A stretch of 64,000 bases of DNA from Candidatus Omnitrophota bacterium (GTDB lineage Bacteria; Omnitrophota; Gorgyraeia; Gygaellales; Profunditerraquicolaceae), in assembly GCA_016208765.1 (NCBI GenBank), contig JACQXK010000032.1, positions 54,385 to 118,384 on the forward strand, written 5' to 3'. Under the pieces are notes generated by a model. It did no database searches and had not been told where the DNA came from. It worked only from the letters and a program-made list of their open reading frames with translations. The first letter of the stretch is position 1. Each line of letters begins with the position of its first letter. The position numbers and the translations under genes were made by a program. Shown here in pieces: positions 8,611-19,119 of the stretch.

Positions 8611-9017
8611 TTCTGTTTATTAAATATCTCCGACTGGCGGATAATTTCATCTTCTACAAAAATAGGCGCATGGGCCCTGACTGCCAAAGCAATGCTGTCA
8701 GAAGGCCTGGCATCAATGATCTTTTCTTTTCCCGAGGAATTCTTCAGGACGATCTTTGCATGGAAGGTTGCTTCTTCTAATTTATCAATAATGATCCTGT
8801 CAATGCTTGCCTCCAGATCAAGAATGGCTGTATGAAACAAATCGTGGGTCATTGGCCGCGGCGGCTGAAAACCGCTGATCTTAAGCTTGATTGCCGAGGC
8901 CTCAGCCAAACCAATTACTATGGGCAAAATACGCGTACCGTCTTTTTCTTTTAAAACGATCAACTGATCATGCCGTTTTTCATCAATCACAATTTTATTT
9001 AATTCCATTTCAACCAT
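8607..9017 (-). CDS. Bifunctional nuclease family protein (DUF151)
   Basis: LPIVIG..EA..I, PPRPMTHDL and DARPSDSIALA. Confidence 0.9.
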   Translation of the reverse strand: MVEMELNKIVIDEKRHDQLIVLKEKDGTRILPIVIGLAEASAIKLKISGFQPPRPMTHDLFHTAILDLEASIDRIIIDKLEEATFHAKIVLKNSSGKEKIIDARPSDSIALAVRAHAPIFVEDEIIRQSEIFNKQK

Positions 9018-9022
9018 GGCTG

Positions 9023-9532
9023 TTATTTCCTCTTTCTGTTTTTTTGTATTTTACGCTTGGGTTGTTTTTCCAATGGCTTTTCCTTGACCAAAATGCCTTT
9101 TAACTCTTCCATAAACTGCCCGACATCCTTAAACTGTCTGTACACCGAGGCAAAACGCACATATGCCACGTCATCCAATACCTTCAGGCGCTCCATCACT
9201 AATTCTCCGATACGAGTAGAAGGGACTTCGCGATCAGGTTTTTTCTGGATTTGCCTTTCTACCTGAGAAACGATTTCTTCCATTTTTTCCATGCTTACCG
9301 GCCTTTTTTCACATGCGCGAATGATGCCTGAAATAATCTTCTGGCGGTCAAAAGGCTGCCTTCGGCCGTCTCTTTTAATTACCATCAGAGAAACTTCCTC
9401 TACATATTCATAAGTAGTAAAGCGTTTTCCGCACTCAAGGCACTCGCGCCTTCTGCGCACTCCCGAACCTTCGCTTGTTGAGCGGGAATCTACTACTTTG
9501 TCTTCAGTGTAACTACAAAATGGGCATTTCAT
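9023..9532 (-). CDS. nrdR: Transcriptional repressor NrdR
   Basis: MKCPFC...DSR...[18 protein letters not shown] cone and [10 protein letters not shown]. Confidence 0.97.
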   Translation of the reverse strand: MKCPFCSYTEDKVVDSRSTSEGSGVRRRRECLECGKRFTTYEYVEEVSLMVIKRDGRRQPFDRQKIISGIIRACEKRPVSMEKMEEIVSQVERQIQKKPDREVPSTRIGELVMERLKVLDDVAYVRFASVYRQFKDVGQFMEELKGILVKEKPLEKQPKRKIQKNRKRK

Positions 9533-9545
9533 TTTTTATTATTAC

Positions 9546-10019
9546 TTACGAGTTACGGATCTTTCTAATCTTAATCTTCGCTTGTTTCAGAAATTCCATC
9601 GCCATTTTATCAGGATAACCGTCAGAAATAACAACTTCCTTGATCCCTGCGTTAATCAGCATCTTGGCGCAAATAACACAAGGTTGATTAGTAATATACA
9701 AGGTGCTGCCTTTTGTGCTTATCCCATAAAGCGCTGCCTGCAAAATAACATTTTGCTCAGCGTGCAGCCCGCGGCAAAGTTCATGGCGCTCGCCCGAAGG
9801 AATCTTTAATTTCTCCCTGATACACCCTGTGTCAAAACAATGTTTTAATCCCGAAGGAGCGCCATTATATCCGGTAGCAAGTATTTTTTTATCTTTTACC
9901 AAAACCGCCCCGACGCTGCGGCGCAGGCAAGTAACCCTTTTTGCAACCAGATGCGCAACTTCCATAAAATATTCATCCCACGTAGGCCGGGCTAAATTTA
10001 TTTTTTTCTTATTTTTCAT
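9546..10019 (-). CDS. dCMP deaminase (ComEB family)
   Basis: [19 protein letters not shown] and PCVIC. Confidence 0.92.
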   Translation of the reverse strand: MKNKKKINLARPTWDEYFMEVAHLVAKRVTCLRRSVGAVLVKDKKILATGYNGAPSGLKHCFDTGCIREKLKIPSGERHELCRGLHAEQNVILQAALYGISTKGSTLYITNQPCVICAKMLINAGIKEVVISDGYPDKMAMEFLKQAKIKIRKIRNS

Positions 10020-11269
10020 TCTCTTGACAGCTCCGGGTATAAAGGAAACTTCCTGGCTAAATTACTTACATCCTTTTTTATTTCTTGTAATTCATCGGGG
10101 TTTGCGCGCTTTTGTATCGCCTGATCAATAAGCCCGGCAATTAAAATCATCTCTTTTTCTTTCATCTTGCGCGTGGTCACCGCCGGAGTCCCCAAACGGA
10201 TACCGCTTGTAATTCCTGGCCCTTTTGTATCAAAAGGAATGAGGTTCTTGTTAACAGTTATCCCTGCTAATTCCAGCACAGCCGACGCATCTTTTCCTGA
10301 AATATCTTTTGGGGTCAGGTCCACGAGCATTAAATGTGTATCTGTGCCTCCTGATGCGATACGAAAACCTTTTTCAGCAAGCGCCTTGGCAAGCGCCTTG
10401 GCATTTAAAAGAATTTGTTTCTGGTAATCTTTAAATTCACTGCTCATTGCTTCTTTAAAAGCAACAGCCTTGGCGGCAATTACGTGCATTAGCGGCCCTC
10501 CCTGGATGCCCGGGAAAATTTCAGAATCAATTTTCTTGGCAAAATCTTTGCGGCAGAGCACAAATCCACCGCGCGGGCCGCGCAATGTTTTATGCGTAGT
10601 TGAAGTTACAAAATCCGCATACGGAACCGGTGAAGGATGAATACCTGCGGCCACAAGGCCGGCAAAATGCGCCATATCTACAAATAAATAAGCTCCCACT
10701 GCATCACAAATCCGGCGGAATTCCTTAAAATCTATTATTCTTGGATATGCAGATGCTCCGGCGAGAATCATCTTCGGCTTATGCTCTAAAGCAAGTTTCA
10801 TAATCTCTTCGTAATCCAAGGTTTCAGTTTGCCTGTTTACTCCGTATGTCACCATCTTGAATAACATACCCGAAAAATTATGCGGATGCCCGTGCGTCAA
10901 ATGCCCGCCGCAAGCCAAATCCATGGCTAAAACTGTATCCCCCGGCTTAACAGCAGCAAAATAAACTGCCATATTGGCCTGTGACCCTGAATGCGCCTGC
11001 ACATTGGCATGCTCTGCGCCAAAGAGTTCCTTAACACGCGATATCGCCAATTCTTCAACCTGATCCACGTATTCACATCCGCCATACCAGCGATGATGCG
11101 GGTACCCTTCGGCATATTTATTGGTCAAAACTGAGCCTTGCGCCTCCAAGACACTTAATGAAGTAAAATTCTCTGAAGCAATCAGCTCCAGATTATCTTC
11201 CTGCCTTTTAATCTCATTTTTTATTGATGCGTAAATCTCCGGGTCTGTTTTCTTTAAATGATTCATCAT
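10016..11269 (-). CDS. glyA: Serine hydroxymethyltransferase
   Basis: [15 protein letters not shown] and the PLP-lysine motif [12 protein letters not shown]. Confidence 0.98.
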   Translation of the reverse strand: MMNHLKKTDPEIYASIKNEIKRQEDNLELIASENFTSLSVLEAQGSVLTNKYAEGYPHHRWYGGCEYVDQVEELAISRVKELFGAEHANVQAHSGSQANMAVYFAAVKPGDTVLAMDLACGGHLTHGHPHNFSGMLFKMVTYGVNRQTETLDYEEIMKLALEHKPKMILAGASAYPRIIDFKEFRRICDAVGAYLFVDMAHFAGLVAAGIHPSPVPYADFVTSTTHKTLRGPRGGFVLCRKDFAKKIDSEIFPGIQGGPLMHVIAAKAVAFKEAMSSEFKDYQKQILLNAKALAKALAEKGFRIASGGTDTHLMLVDLTPKDISGKDASAVLELAGITVNKNLIPFDTKGPGITSGIRLGTPAVTTRKMKEKEMILIAGLIDQAIQKRANPDELQEIKKDVSNLARKFPLYPELSRE

Positions 11270-11724
11270 TTCTTGCTCCTGATCAATTTTTCAATTTCTG
11301 TAATTTTATTCAATCTCCTTTTGTGCCTTCCTCCCTCAAATCCCGTACTAAGCCAAACATCTACAATTTTCCCAGCGTTTTTTTTAGTAACAAAACCAGA
11401 GCCCAGCACCAAGACATTACTGTCGTTATGCAAACGGCTCAATTCGGCAGTTTGAACTTTATAGCAAAGCGCCGCGCGGACTCCGGGAAACCGGTTTGCC
11501 ACAATAGAATTACCAATCCCGCTCTTACAGATCAACACACCCTGCTTATATTTCTTCTCGGAAATCAGCTTTGCCAGATTATAGGCAAACTCAGGATAAT
11601 CGCAACTTTCTGTAGAATACGTCCCTAAATCTTTTACTTTTATCCTCTTATGTTTTAAATAATCCTTCAGCCATTCTTTAAGGCCAAATCCTGCGTGGTC
11701 GCTTGCAATTAAAATCGGTTTCAT
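11266..11724 (-). CDS. rpiB: Ribose-5-phosphate isomerase B
   Basis: SDHAG, C.SGIG, R.HNDSNVL and FEGGRH.RR. Confidence 0.95.
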   Translation of the reverse strand: MKPILIASDHAGFGLKEWLKDYLKHKRIKVKDLGTYSTESCDYPEFAYNLAKLISEKKYKQGVLICKSGIGNSIVANRFPGVRAALCYKVQTAELSRLHNDSNVLVLGSGFVTKKNAGKIVDVWLSTGFEGGRHKRRLNKITEIEKLIRSKK

Positions 11725-11736
11725 TTTGCCCCTCTT

Positions 11737-12804
11737 TTAAATTAAATCAATAATTCTGTCTACGGCATCCTTAATTAATAAATAGGTATTTGCATAAAAA
11801 TCATCTTCTCTGCCAATAGGGTCAGCAATATCCATTTTATTATCATCGCTTATTTTAGCAAATTCCTTTAATAAAAACACCCTGTTTTTAGCTTCGGGAG
11901 CAAGTTGCATTACTCTGTCTTCATGAATTTTCTCCATTACTAAGATCAAATCAGATTTCTTAATCATATCTTTAGTAATTTTTTGCGAAACATGGGTGGA
12001 AACATCCATCCCATCCTGCGCCAAAACTCTCTTAGTGGCATCAGTAGCCCCCATTCCTGCGGCATGCATAATCCCCGCAGATAAAACCTCCACATCTTCT
12101 CTGCCTTTTTCTTTTAACTTTTTTTGCAAAAGCGCTTCTGCCATTACAGAGCGGCAGGAATTTCCAGTGCAGACAAACAATACAATCTTCTTATTAATGA
12201 CTGCTTCAATTTCAGAAGCCTTAATAGCTCCTTCCCTCAAAACCTGCGCCTGGCCGGAAGTTAAGTCAACAACGGTTGATTCCGCCCCAAGCTTTGCCGG
12301 CCCTGCGTCAATTGCAAAATCAACCAAACCATCTAAATCTTTAATTGCCTGGCTAAAATTTACCGGGGCAGGCTTTCCGGAAAGATTTGCTGAAGGACAG
12401 GCAAGCGGGACCCCGCAAAGAGAAGCAATCCTTAATGCTATCTCGTTATCAGACATGCGCAAACCGATCTTTCCTCCACCTGATGAATTTAAAACAACGG
12501 TTAATGGCCCGGGCCAGAATTTTGATATTAATTTATATCCTGCAACAGGAATACCAATTGCCAAATCGTCAACCCTGCTTTTATCATCAATAATAAAAGA
12601 AAATGGCTTATTCGCCGGACGATTTTTTATCTTATTCAAAAGCGCCACAGCCTTTTGGTTAAAGGCATTGGCTGCAACGCCGTATACGGTTTCTGTCGGG
12701 ATAATTACAAGCCCGCCGCGCATCAAAATACCGGCAGCTTCTTTTAAATATTCGTTATTATTAAAACTTGACTGGTCAAGTTTAACAATCTTGGTAAAAT
12801 TCAT
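11737..12804 (-). CDS. TsaC/Sua5 threonylcarbamoyl-AMP synthase fused to a low-molecular-weight (YwlE-like) protein phosphatase
   Basis: The N-terminal part has PTETVYG, K.RP..KP, WPGPLT and SANLSG. The C-terminal part has LFVCTGNSCRS and DIADPIG. Confidence 0.9.
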   Translation of the reverse strand: MNFTKIVKLDQSSFNNNEYLKEAAGILMRGGLVIIPTETVYGVAANAFNQKAVALLNKIKNRPANKPFSFIIDDKSRVDDLAIGIPVAGYKLISKFWPGPLTVVLNSSGGGKIGLRMSDNEIALRIASLCGVPLACPSANLSGKPAPVNFSQAIKDLDGLVDFAIDAGPAKLGAESTVVDLTSGQAQVLREGAIKASEIEAVINKKIVLFVCTGNSCRSVMAEALLQKKLKEKGREDVEVLSAGIMHAAGMGATDATKRVLAQDGMDVSTHVSQKITKDMIKKSDLILVMEKIHEDRVMQLAPEAKNRVFLLKEFAKISDDNKMDIADPIGREDDFYANTYLLIKDAVDRIIDLI

Positions 12805-13286
12805 GCCTTAACCTTAATATTTCTTATTTTTGCTGCCATATTATTCTTATATTTTATAAGTTTATCATTAATTTGTTTATCGCTAATTCCCAAAATTTCC
12901 AGGGCAAAAATAGCGGCATTCTTAGCGCCTGCTTTTCCAATTGCCATAGAGGCAACCGGAATTCCCGCCGGCATCTGTACTGTGGACAATAATGAATCCA
13001 TGCCTTTAAGGCTTGAAGTTTCAATAGGGATACCAATTACCGGTAAAATTGTATGTGCGGCAATAACCCCTGCCAAAGCAGCAGCGCCACCTGCGGCAGC
13101 AATAAAAACTTTTACCCCTGAGCTGGAAACTGTTTCCACGTATTTTGCCAGTTCTTTTGGAGTGCGGTGCGCGGATAAAACTTTAACCTCAAAACCAACT
13201 TTAAACTCTTTTAGAATATCAATCCCGCTTTGCACAGTCTCAAGATCAGACTGGCTGCCCATAATGATGCTAATGACCTTATTCAT
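12801..13286 (-). CDS. purE: N5-CAIR mutase
   Basis: IMGSQSD, SAHRTP and VQMPAGIPVA. Confidence 0.97.
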   Translation of the reverse strand: MNKVISIIMGSQSDLETVQSGIDILKEFKVGFEVKVLSAHRTPKELAKYVETVSSSGVKVFIAAAGGAAALAGVIAAHTILPVIGIPIETSSLKGMDSLLSTVQMPAGIPVASMAIGKAGAKNAAIFALEILGISDKQINDKLIKYKNNMAAKIRNIKVKA

Positions 13287-13321
13287 AGACCCTCCAGCAT
13301 TAAATCTTATAACGTTTGTTG

Positions 13322-13381
13322 GTCATTCTAAGACCGAAGAATCTCGTCCACGGAAAGATTCTTCGCTTCGCTCAGAATGAC
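13322..13381. repeat. REP-like palindrome
   Basis: GTCATTCT...CGAAGAATCT-loop-AGATTCTTCG...AGAATGAC, an imperfect inverted repeat between purD and purE. Confidence 0.7.
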
Positions 13382-13421
13382 TACGAGATAACAAGACTTA
13401 TTACATTTATATAATTACTAA

Positions 13422-14705
13422 TTACGAAGTAATCGCTTTTTTCCCAATATCTCTGCGATAATGCATTCCTTCAAAATTTATTTTTCCAACTGCCTGGTAT
13501 GTTTTGTCTATGGCTTCTTTAATTGAATTGCCTAAACCGGTAACTCCTAAGACCCTGCCACCGTTAGTTATGATCTTTTCACCCATCTTCTTTGTTCCCG
13601 CATGGAAAACTACTACATCTTTTATTTTTTCCGCTTCTTCTAAACCAAAAATTTCCTTACCCTTCTCGTATTCTCCCGGATAACCCTTGGAAGAACAAAC
13701 CACGCAAACACAAGCGCGATTATCCCAGTTTAAACCTCCAAGTTTGGAAATTTTATTCAATTTCCCTTCGCTGGCTGCTAACATAACCTCTACCAAATCT
13801 GTTTTAAGCCGCGGCAGGATCACCTCTGTTTCAGGGTCGCCAAAACGCACATTAAATTCCAGGGCCTGAGGCCCGTCCTTAGTAAGCATTACTCCTGCAT
13901 AAAGAACACCGCAATATTCAATGCCTTCTTTAACCAAACCGTCAATAGTGCGATAAACAATTTTTTCTAAGATCTCTTTAAATAATTCCGGAGTTACTAT
14001 CGGAGCCGGTGAATATGCGCCCATTCCTCCGGTATTTGGCCCTGCATCATTATCAAAAATACGCTTATGATCCTGGCTGGAAACCAAAGGGATTACTTCT
14101 TTAGAATCAGTAAAAACTAAAATTGAAGCTTCCTGCCCGTCTAAACAATCCTCAATAATTATTTTGTTCCCGGCATCCCCAAAAACACGCTCTTGCATAA
14201 TCTTTTTTATGGCCTCAACCGCCTCAGAGATGCTCTTTGCAACCACAACTCCCTTACCGGCAGCCAGCCCGTCGGCTTTGACCACACAAGGCATGCTTCT
14301 ATTTTCAACATGATTAATCGCGGCAGCAACATCATCAAAAATCTTAAAAGCAGCTGTTGGCACATTATATTTGGCCATAATCTGCTTGGAAAAAACCTTG
14401 CTTGCTTCTAATTGCGCGGCTTTTTTCTGCGGGCCGAAAATGCGCAATTTCGCTTTTCTAAATTCATCAACAATCCCAGCAGCAAGAGGCGCTTCCGGAC
14501 CTACAACTGTCAGGTCAATCTTCTCTTTACGACAAAATTGCAACAAGCCCTCTATATCATCAACTTTTATATCCATACATTCAGCCAAAGCGGATATCCC
14601 GCCATTTCCCGGAGCACAAAAAATCTTATCCGTTAATTTTGACTGCGCGATTTTCCAAACAAGCGCGTGCTCCCGACCACCAGAACCAATCACTAAAACT
14701 CTCAT
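13422..14705 (-). CDS. purD: Phosphoribosylamine-glycine ligase
   Basis: GSGGREHA, KADGLAAGKGV, GPNTGGMGAYSP and EFNVRFGDPE. Confidence 0.98.
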   Translation of the reverse strand: MRVLVIGSGGREHALVWKIAQSKLTDKIFCAPGNGGISALAECMDIKVDDIEGLLQFCRKEKIDLTVVGPEAPLAAGIVDEFRKAKLRIFGPQKKAAQLEASKVFSKQIMAKYNVPTAAFKIFDDVAAAINHVENRSMPCVVKADGLAAGKGVVVAKSISEAVEAIKKIMQERVFGDAGNKIIIEDCLDGQEASILVFTDSKEVIPLVSSQDHKRIFDNDAGPNTGGMGAYSPAPIVTPELFKEILEKIVYRTIDGLVKEGIEYCGVLYAGVMLTKDGPQALEFNVRFGDPETEVILPRLKTDLVEVMLAASEGKLNKISKLGGLNWDNRACVCVVCSSKGYPGEYEKGKEIFGLEEAEKIKDVVVFHAGTKKMGEKIITNGGRVLGVTGLGNSIKEAIDKTYQAVGKINFEGMHYRRDIGKKAITS

Positions 14706-14712
14706 AATTTTT

Positions 14713-14914
14713 TATAATATTACTTCCTTAAGTATGACTTGGGCTGATTTCGAGCAGCACGTTAGAAAACTCTTGCGGGCACGGTTGCCCTGCTATATCG
14801 TAGCCAGGCAGAGCAAGAGTTTTCGCTCGAGCGAAGCCCCGACACGCTGGGTCGGGGCAAGCGGTGCTGCGAGAAACAGACCAAGACAAAATTCATTCAA
14901 ATATAATATTACTT
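14713..14914. mobile_element. MITE-like non-coding element with flanking 13-bp direct repeats
   Basis: TATAATATTACTT occurs at 14713-14725 and 14902-14914. Inside are imperfect terminal IRs (CTTGGGCTGATTTCGAGCAGCAC / GTGCTGCGAGAAACAGACCAAG) and internal hairpins. Confidence 0.55.
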
Positions 14915-15794
14915 ATTTAGAACTTTTTATTTCTTTCTCTTCTTTTCTTAACGGCAAAACTCCCGCCATTTCCCCGACCACGTTCACTAACTCAGTTCCC
15001 GCAGGAATCACTATTTTAGCATTATTCTCCAAAGATTTTTCCACTGCCTCAAGCTTTCTTAAAACTTGTGCGTTTCCAACAAAAAACTTCTCTGCAGCCT
15101 CATTTACCAGCTTAATTGCTTCAGACTCGCCTTCTGCCTGCAAGATACGCGCCTGCTTAATACCTTCTGCTTTCTTAATCTCAGCCCTCTTCTGGCCATC
15201 GGCAGCAGTTTCTGTAGCAGTGGCATAATCTACGGCAGCAATCTTTTCATTTTCTGCCTTAACTACTTTATTCATTGTTTCCTGCACATCCTTAGGCGGG
15301 TCAATTTCTTTTAATTCGGTCCTAACAATCTCTAACCCCCAGCTGGAAGTTTCTTCACAAAGTGTACGGTGCAATTCCGCATTAATTTTACCTCTTTCAC
15401 TGTTTGCAGACTTTAAAGTAAGGGTTCCAATAATATTTCTCAAAGTAGTACGAGCTAAATTCACAATCTGCCACTGATAATTGTTTACATTATACTGTGA
15501 GCTTTTAACACTTGTTTCATCTGCTTTAACCTTAAAATAAACCTGCGCATCTACTTTTGCATTCAAATTATCATTAGTGATAATTTCCTGCGGCTCAGCA
15601 TCTACCATCTGCTCAGTAGTGTTTACTAAATAAATATGCTCAATTACAGGCATAATCCAGTTAAACCCAAGGTTTGCAAAACGATTATACTTTCCCAATC
15701 TTTCAATTAAACCTCTATGTGTAGGACGAACAATCCTAATCCCCATAAAAAAAACAACTATTACAGCAGTTACTGCGGAAAATAAAACATTCAT
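14913..15794 (-). CDS. SPFH/Band 7 (stomatin/paraslipin-like) membrane protein
   Basis: N-terminal TM, ERLGKY, QEIITNDN, LARTTLRNIIG and AEGE.EAI. Start chosen after a GGAGG RBS. Confidence 0.9.
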   Translation of the reverse strand: MNVLFSAVTAVIVVFFMGIRIVRPTHRGLIERLGKYNRFANLGFNWIMPVIEHIYLVNTTEQMVDAEPQEIITNDNLNAKVDAQVYFKVKADETSVKSSQYNVNNYQWQIVNLARTTLRNIIGTLTLKSANSERGKINAELHRTLCEETSSWGLEIVRTELKEIDPPKDVQETMNKVVKAENEKIAAVDYATATETAADGQKRAEIKKAEGIKQARILQAEGESEAIKLVNEAAEKFFVGNAQVLRKLEAVEKSLENNAKIVIPAGTELVNVVGEMAGVLPLRKEEKEIKSSK

Positions 15795-15821
15795 TTCTGC
15801 CTCCATTTATTGAGCAAAAAC

Positions 15822-16859
15822 CTAAATTATTTCTACTTCTTTTCTTCCTTTAACAACTTCGCCAATGATCCACGATTTTAGCTTCATCTGCGCCAATCTT
15901 TGCATTATTTTTCCCGCTGAATATTCTTTTACAATTAAGACCATGCCGATACCCATATTTAATGTGTGATACATTTCTTTATCAGCAATGCTGCCTTTAT
16001 TTTGAACGAGTTTAAAAATCGCCGGCACCGGCCATGAATTCTTCTTAATTACCACATTAAGACTATCGGGTAAAATACGGGAAATCTTGTCATAAAAAGC
16101 GCCGCCTGTGATGTGGGATATACCTGTGATTGTCGCCGGTCTCCGGTCGCCTGTTGCCTGTTGCCGGTCGCCTGTCGCCTGTAAGAGAGATAAAACCGGC
16201 TTAACATAAATACGAGTTGGACGAAGAAGTTCACTGCTCATTCTCTTCTGCTCAGCCAAAGATAATACCTTGCGTACCAAAGAATACCCATTAGAATGCA
16301 GCCCATTTGATTCCAGCCCAATTACAACATTACCTTGTTCAATTAGCTTGCCGTCAATGATCTTGCTGCGCTCAACCACCCCCACGCAAAACCCCGCCAC
16401 ATCATAATCATCTTTTTTATACATCCCGGGCATTTGCGCAGTTTCTCCGCCGATCAAAGAACACCCTGCCTCAATGCATCCATTATTGATGCCCTTTACC
16501 AAATCCAGCAATATTTTCTCCCCCGCATTACTATGGGCAATATAATCAAGAAAAAATAAGGGCTCAGCTCCTGTACATAAAATATCATTTACATTCATCG
16601 CCACAGCATCTATGCCGACAGTATCATGTTTATTGGCTAAAATAGCGATCTTGATTTTCGTGCCGATGCCGTCTGCCGAAGAAACTAAAACCGGCTCTTT
16701 AAAATTACGGGAAGGAAATTTAAAAAAACTTCCAAATCCTCCGATATCAGTTAAAACCTCCGGGCGAAAGGAATTGCGCACCAATGATTTTATCTTGCCC
16801 TTGAAAAACCCTGCAGCCTGAATGTCCACGCCTGCATTCTTATATGTAACTTTTTTCAT
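15822..16859 (-). CDS. purM: AIR synthase
   Basis: YKNAGVDI, DGIGTK, GGETAQMPG, NGLHSNGYSL and HITGG. It carries a repeat-derived insert. Confidence 0.97.
   Translation of the reverse strand: MKKVTYKNAGVDIQAAGFFKGKIKSLVRNSFRPEVLTDIGGFGSFFKFPSRNFKEPVLVSSADGIGTKIKIAILANKHDTVGIDAVAMNVNDILCTGAEPLFFLDYIAHSNAGEKILLDLVKGINNGCIEAGCSLIGGETAQMPGMYKKDDYDVAGFCVGVVERSKIIDGKLIEQGNVVIGLESNGLHSNGYSLVRKVLSLAEQKRMSSELLRPTRIYVKPVLSLLQATGDRQQATGDRRPATITGISHITGGAFYDKISRILPDSLNVVIKKNSWPVPAIFKLVQNKGSIADKEMYHTLNMGIGMVLIVKEYSAGKIMQRLAQMKLKSWIIGEVVKGRKEVEII
16131..16182. repeat. In-frame heptamer tandem repeat (TGTCGCC/GGCGACA family) in purM
   Basis: tgtcgcc ggtctcc ggtcgcc tgttgcc tgttgcc ggtcgcc tgtcgcc, encoding QATGDRQQATGDRRPAT. 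Confidence 0.9.
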
Positions 16860-16886
16860 TGTATTTTACCTTCCCGATTAAACTCT

Positions 16887-18329
16887 CTAAATCCCGCCCT
16901 GCCCGCAGCAACGCGCCTCAAGAGAAAATTTTCCCTGCATCTTCTCAGGTAAAATCGGATAATTTCCAGTCCAACACGCGGTACAGTTGTTTTTTCCATT
17001 ATCCTTAAAACACCCAAGCATCCCTTCCAGGCTCAAATAGCCGAGGCTGTCCACATCCAAATATTTTCTTACCGCATCAAGCGATTCATATTTATTGGCA
17101 ATCAGTTCGCTTGAACGGTGAAAATCAATGCCATAAAAACAAGGGAATTTATGCGCCGGGCATGATATTCTCAAATGCACCTCTTTTACCCCGGCCCTGC
17201 GCAAATTACGCACACGAATCTGCGAGGTAGTGCCGCGCACAATAGAATCATCCACCACTACAATACGCTTACCTCTTAAAACATCCTTTAAAATATTAAA
17301 TTTAACTTTTACCCCTAAGTCGCGTGTATCCTGCGCAGGCTGTATAAAGGTCCTGCCCACATAATGATTGCGGATAATCCCCATCTCAAGAGGAATCTTT
17401 GATTCCTCAGAATAACCGAGTGCCGCAGAAAACCCTGAGTCAGGCACCGGCACAACAAAATCCGCCTTTACCGGATACTCCCTGGCAAGCTGTGCGCCTA
17501 ATTTACGCCTGACAGTATGCACAGTCTGTCCGAAAACCATAGAATCCGGGCGTGAAAAATAAACATGCTCAAATGTACAATGAGAATATTTAGTACAAAG
17601 CTGCAGCTCTTTTGGTTTTACCGAACGAATGCTGTCTTTTTTTATAATTACGATTTCTCCCGGCTCCACCTCGCGGACAAGGCGCGCTCCGATCAAATCA
17701 AAGGCACAGGTTTCAGAAGCAAGGCACCACGCATTTCCAAGCTTCCCCAAAACAAGCGGGCGGAAACCAAAAGGATCCCTTACCCCTACGAGGCTTTCAG
17801 AATCCATCAAGATCAAAGAATAAGCCCCCTTAATTTTCTTAAGCGCATGTACTAAACTTGTAACCAAATTTAACGACCTGCTGCGCGCCATAAGATGGAT
17901 TACAATCTCTGAATCAGTAGTGGTCTGAAAAATAGAGCCGCTTTTTTCAAGCCCCTGGCGAAGCTCAAGTGAATTTACAAGGTTACCGTTATGCGCGATA
18001 CAGATTGAACCCTTGGCATAATCAATTAAAAGCGGCTGCGCATTTTTTAGGACACTGGAACCGGTAGTTGAATATCGCACGTGTCCGCATGCAGCAGTGC
18101 CTTTTAAGCTACTTAGGACATGTTCATCAAATACATCGCTTACCAAACCCATGTTTTTATGAATATTTAAAACGCCTTTATTATTAACAACTATGCCGCA
18201 AGCCTCCTGCCCCCTGTGCTGAAGCGAATACAAGCCAAGGTAAGTGAGCCAGCTTGCCTGCTTATGATTTATAATTCCAAACAGGCCGCAATACTCGTTG
18301 GCTTGGTCATCATAAATTATTTTTCGCAT
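16887..18329 (-). CDS. purF: Amidophosphoribosyltransferase
   Basis: EYCGLFG, QHRGQE, GHVRYST, HNGNLVN and VDDSIVRGTT. Start chosen after GGAG. Confidence 0.97.
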   Translation of the reverse strand: MRKIIYDDQANEYCGLFGIINHKQASWLTYLGLYSLQHRGQEACGIVVNNKGVLNIHKNMGLVSDVFDEHVLSSLKGTAACGHVRYSTTGSSVLKNAQPLLIDYAKGSICIAHNGNLVNSLELRQGLEKSGSIFQTTTDSEIVIHLMARSRSLNLVTSLVHALKKIKGAYSLILMDSESLVGVRDPFGFRPLVLGKLGNAWCLASETCAFDLIGARLVREVEPGEIVIIKKDSIRSVKPKELQLCTKYSHCTFEHVYFSRPDSMVFGQTVHTVRRKLGAQLAREYPVKADFVVPVPDSGFSAALGYSEESKIPLEMGIIRNHYVGRTFIQPAQDTRDLGVKVKFNILKDVLRGKRIVVVDDSIVRGTTSQIRVRNLRRAGVKEVHLRISCPAHKFPCFYGIDFHRSSELIANKYESLDAVRKYLDVDSLGYLSLEGMLGCFKDNGKNNCTACWTGNYPILPEKMQGKFSLEARCCGQGGI

Positions 18330-19119
18330 ATTCCACTCCATTCTTAATAATTAAGAAACCGCTGCCTTGTTTCTCCGGCTCATGGGCCGGATGCTGCCAA
18401 GAAAACGCGTGGCGCTCAGGATGCGGCATCAGGCCTAAAATCCTGCCGGTATCGTCACAAATCCCGGCGATATTCTCAACTGAACCATTGGGATTATCAG
18501 GATAACCGCTTAAATTTCCCTGTTTGTCGCAATATTGAAAAACAACCTGCCCTCTCTTATTTAAACTCTCTAAAACCTGTTTGTCCTTAGTAATAAATTT
18601 TCCTTCTCCATGAGCCACTGGGAGATAAATAGTTTCTGGTAAATTCTTAGCCCAGATACACTTTACCTGCGACAGGCGACCGGAGACAGGAGACAGGCGA
18701 CTATTAACCGGTGACTTTAAATAAATCCAGCGATCTTCAAATTTTCCTGAATCATTAATAATTAAACTTACTTCTTGGGTGAAGTTTTCATTACCCGGCA
18801 ACAGCCCTGCTTTAACTAAAATCTGGAATCCATTACAAATGCCTATGATCAGCTTGCCGGAAGAAATAAATTCCTTTATATCGCCTGAAAGTTTAAATTT
18901 TAGTTCATTTGCCAAAACCTTTCCGGCACCCAAATCATCCCCATAGCTGAATCCTCCGGAAAGGGCCAGGATTTGATACTCCTTAAGGCTCTTTTGTTTA
19001 CTGCAAAAAGCATTAATATGCACGAATTCCGCCTGAGCACCCGCTTTCTCAAAACTAAAAGCGGTTTCCTTGTCGCAATTGGTCCCGGCTGTTCTTAGGA
19101 TACAAACCTTTGGCTTCAT
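18310..19119 (-). CDS. purQ: FGAM synthase glutaminase subunit
   Basis: GTNCD.ET, GGFSYGD, GICNGFQ and MPHPER. Confidence 0.97.
   Translation of the reverse strand: MKPKVCILRTAGTNCDKETAFSFEKAGAQAEFVHINAFCSKQKSLKEYQILALSGGFSYGDDLGAGKVLANELKFKLSGDIKEFISSGKLIIGICNGFQILVKAGLLPGNENFTQEVSLIINDSGKFEDRWIYLKSPVNSRLSPVSGRLSQVKCIWAKNLPETIYLPVAHGEGKFITKDKQVLESLNKRGQVVFQYCDKQGNLSGYPDNPNGSVENIAGICDDTGRILGLMPHPERHAFSWQHPAHEPEKQGSGFLIIKNGVEYAKNNL
18669..18716. repeat. In-frame heptamer tandem repeat in purQ
   Basis: gcgacag gcgaccg gagacag gagacag gcgacta ttaaccg gtgact, encoding SPVNSRLSPVSGRLSQ. Confidence 0.85.

Noticed and set aside
11737-12200. Arsenate reductase ArsC, from the CTGNSCRS motif
   Set aside because: The domain lacks the downstream resolving cysteines and has the LVME..H and DP pattern and gene context of YwlE/LMW phosphatases.
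11996-12811. Long plus-strand ORFs such as 11996-12811, 14371-15228, 31798-32457 and 50108-50701
   Set aside because: They are antisense shadows of well-supported minus-strand genes and have no motifs.
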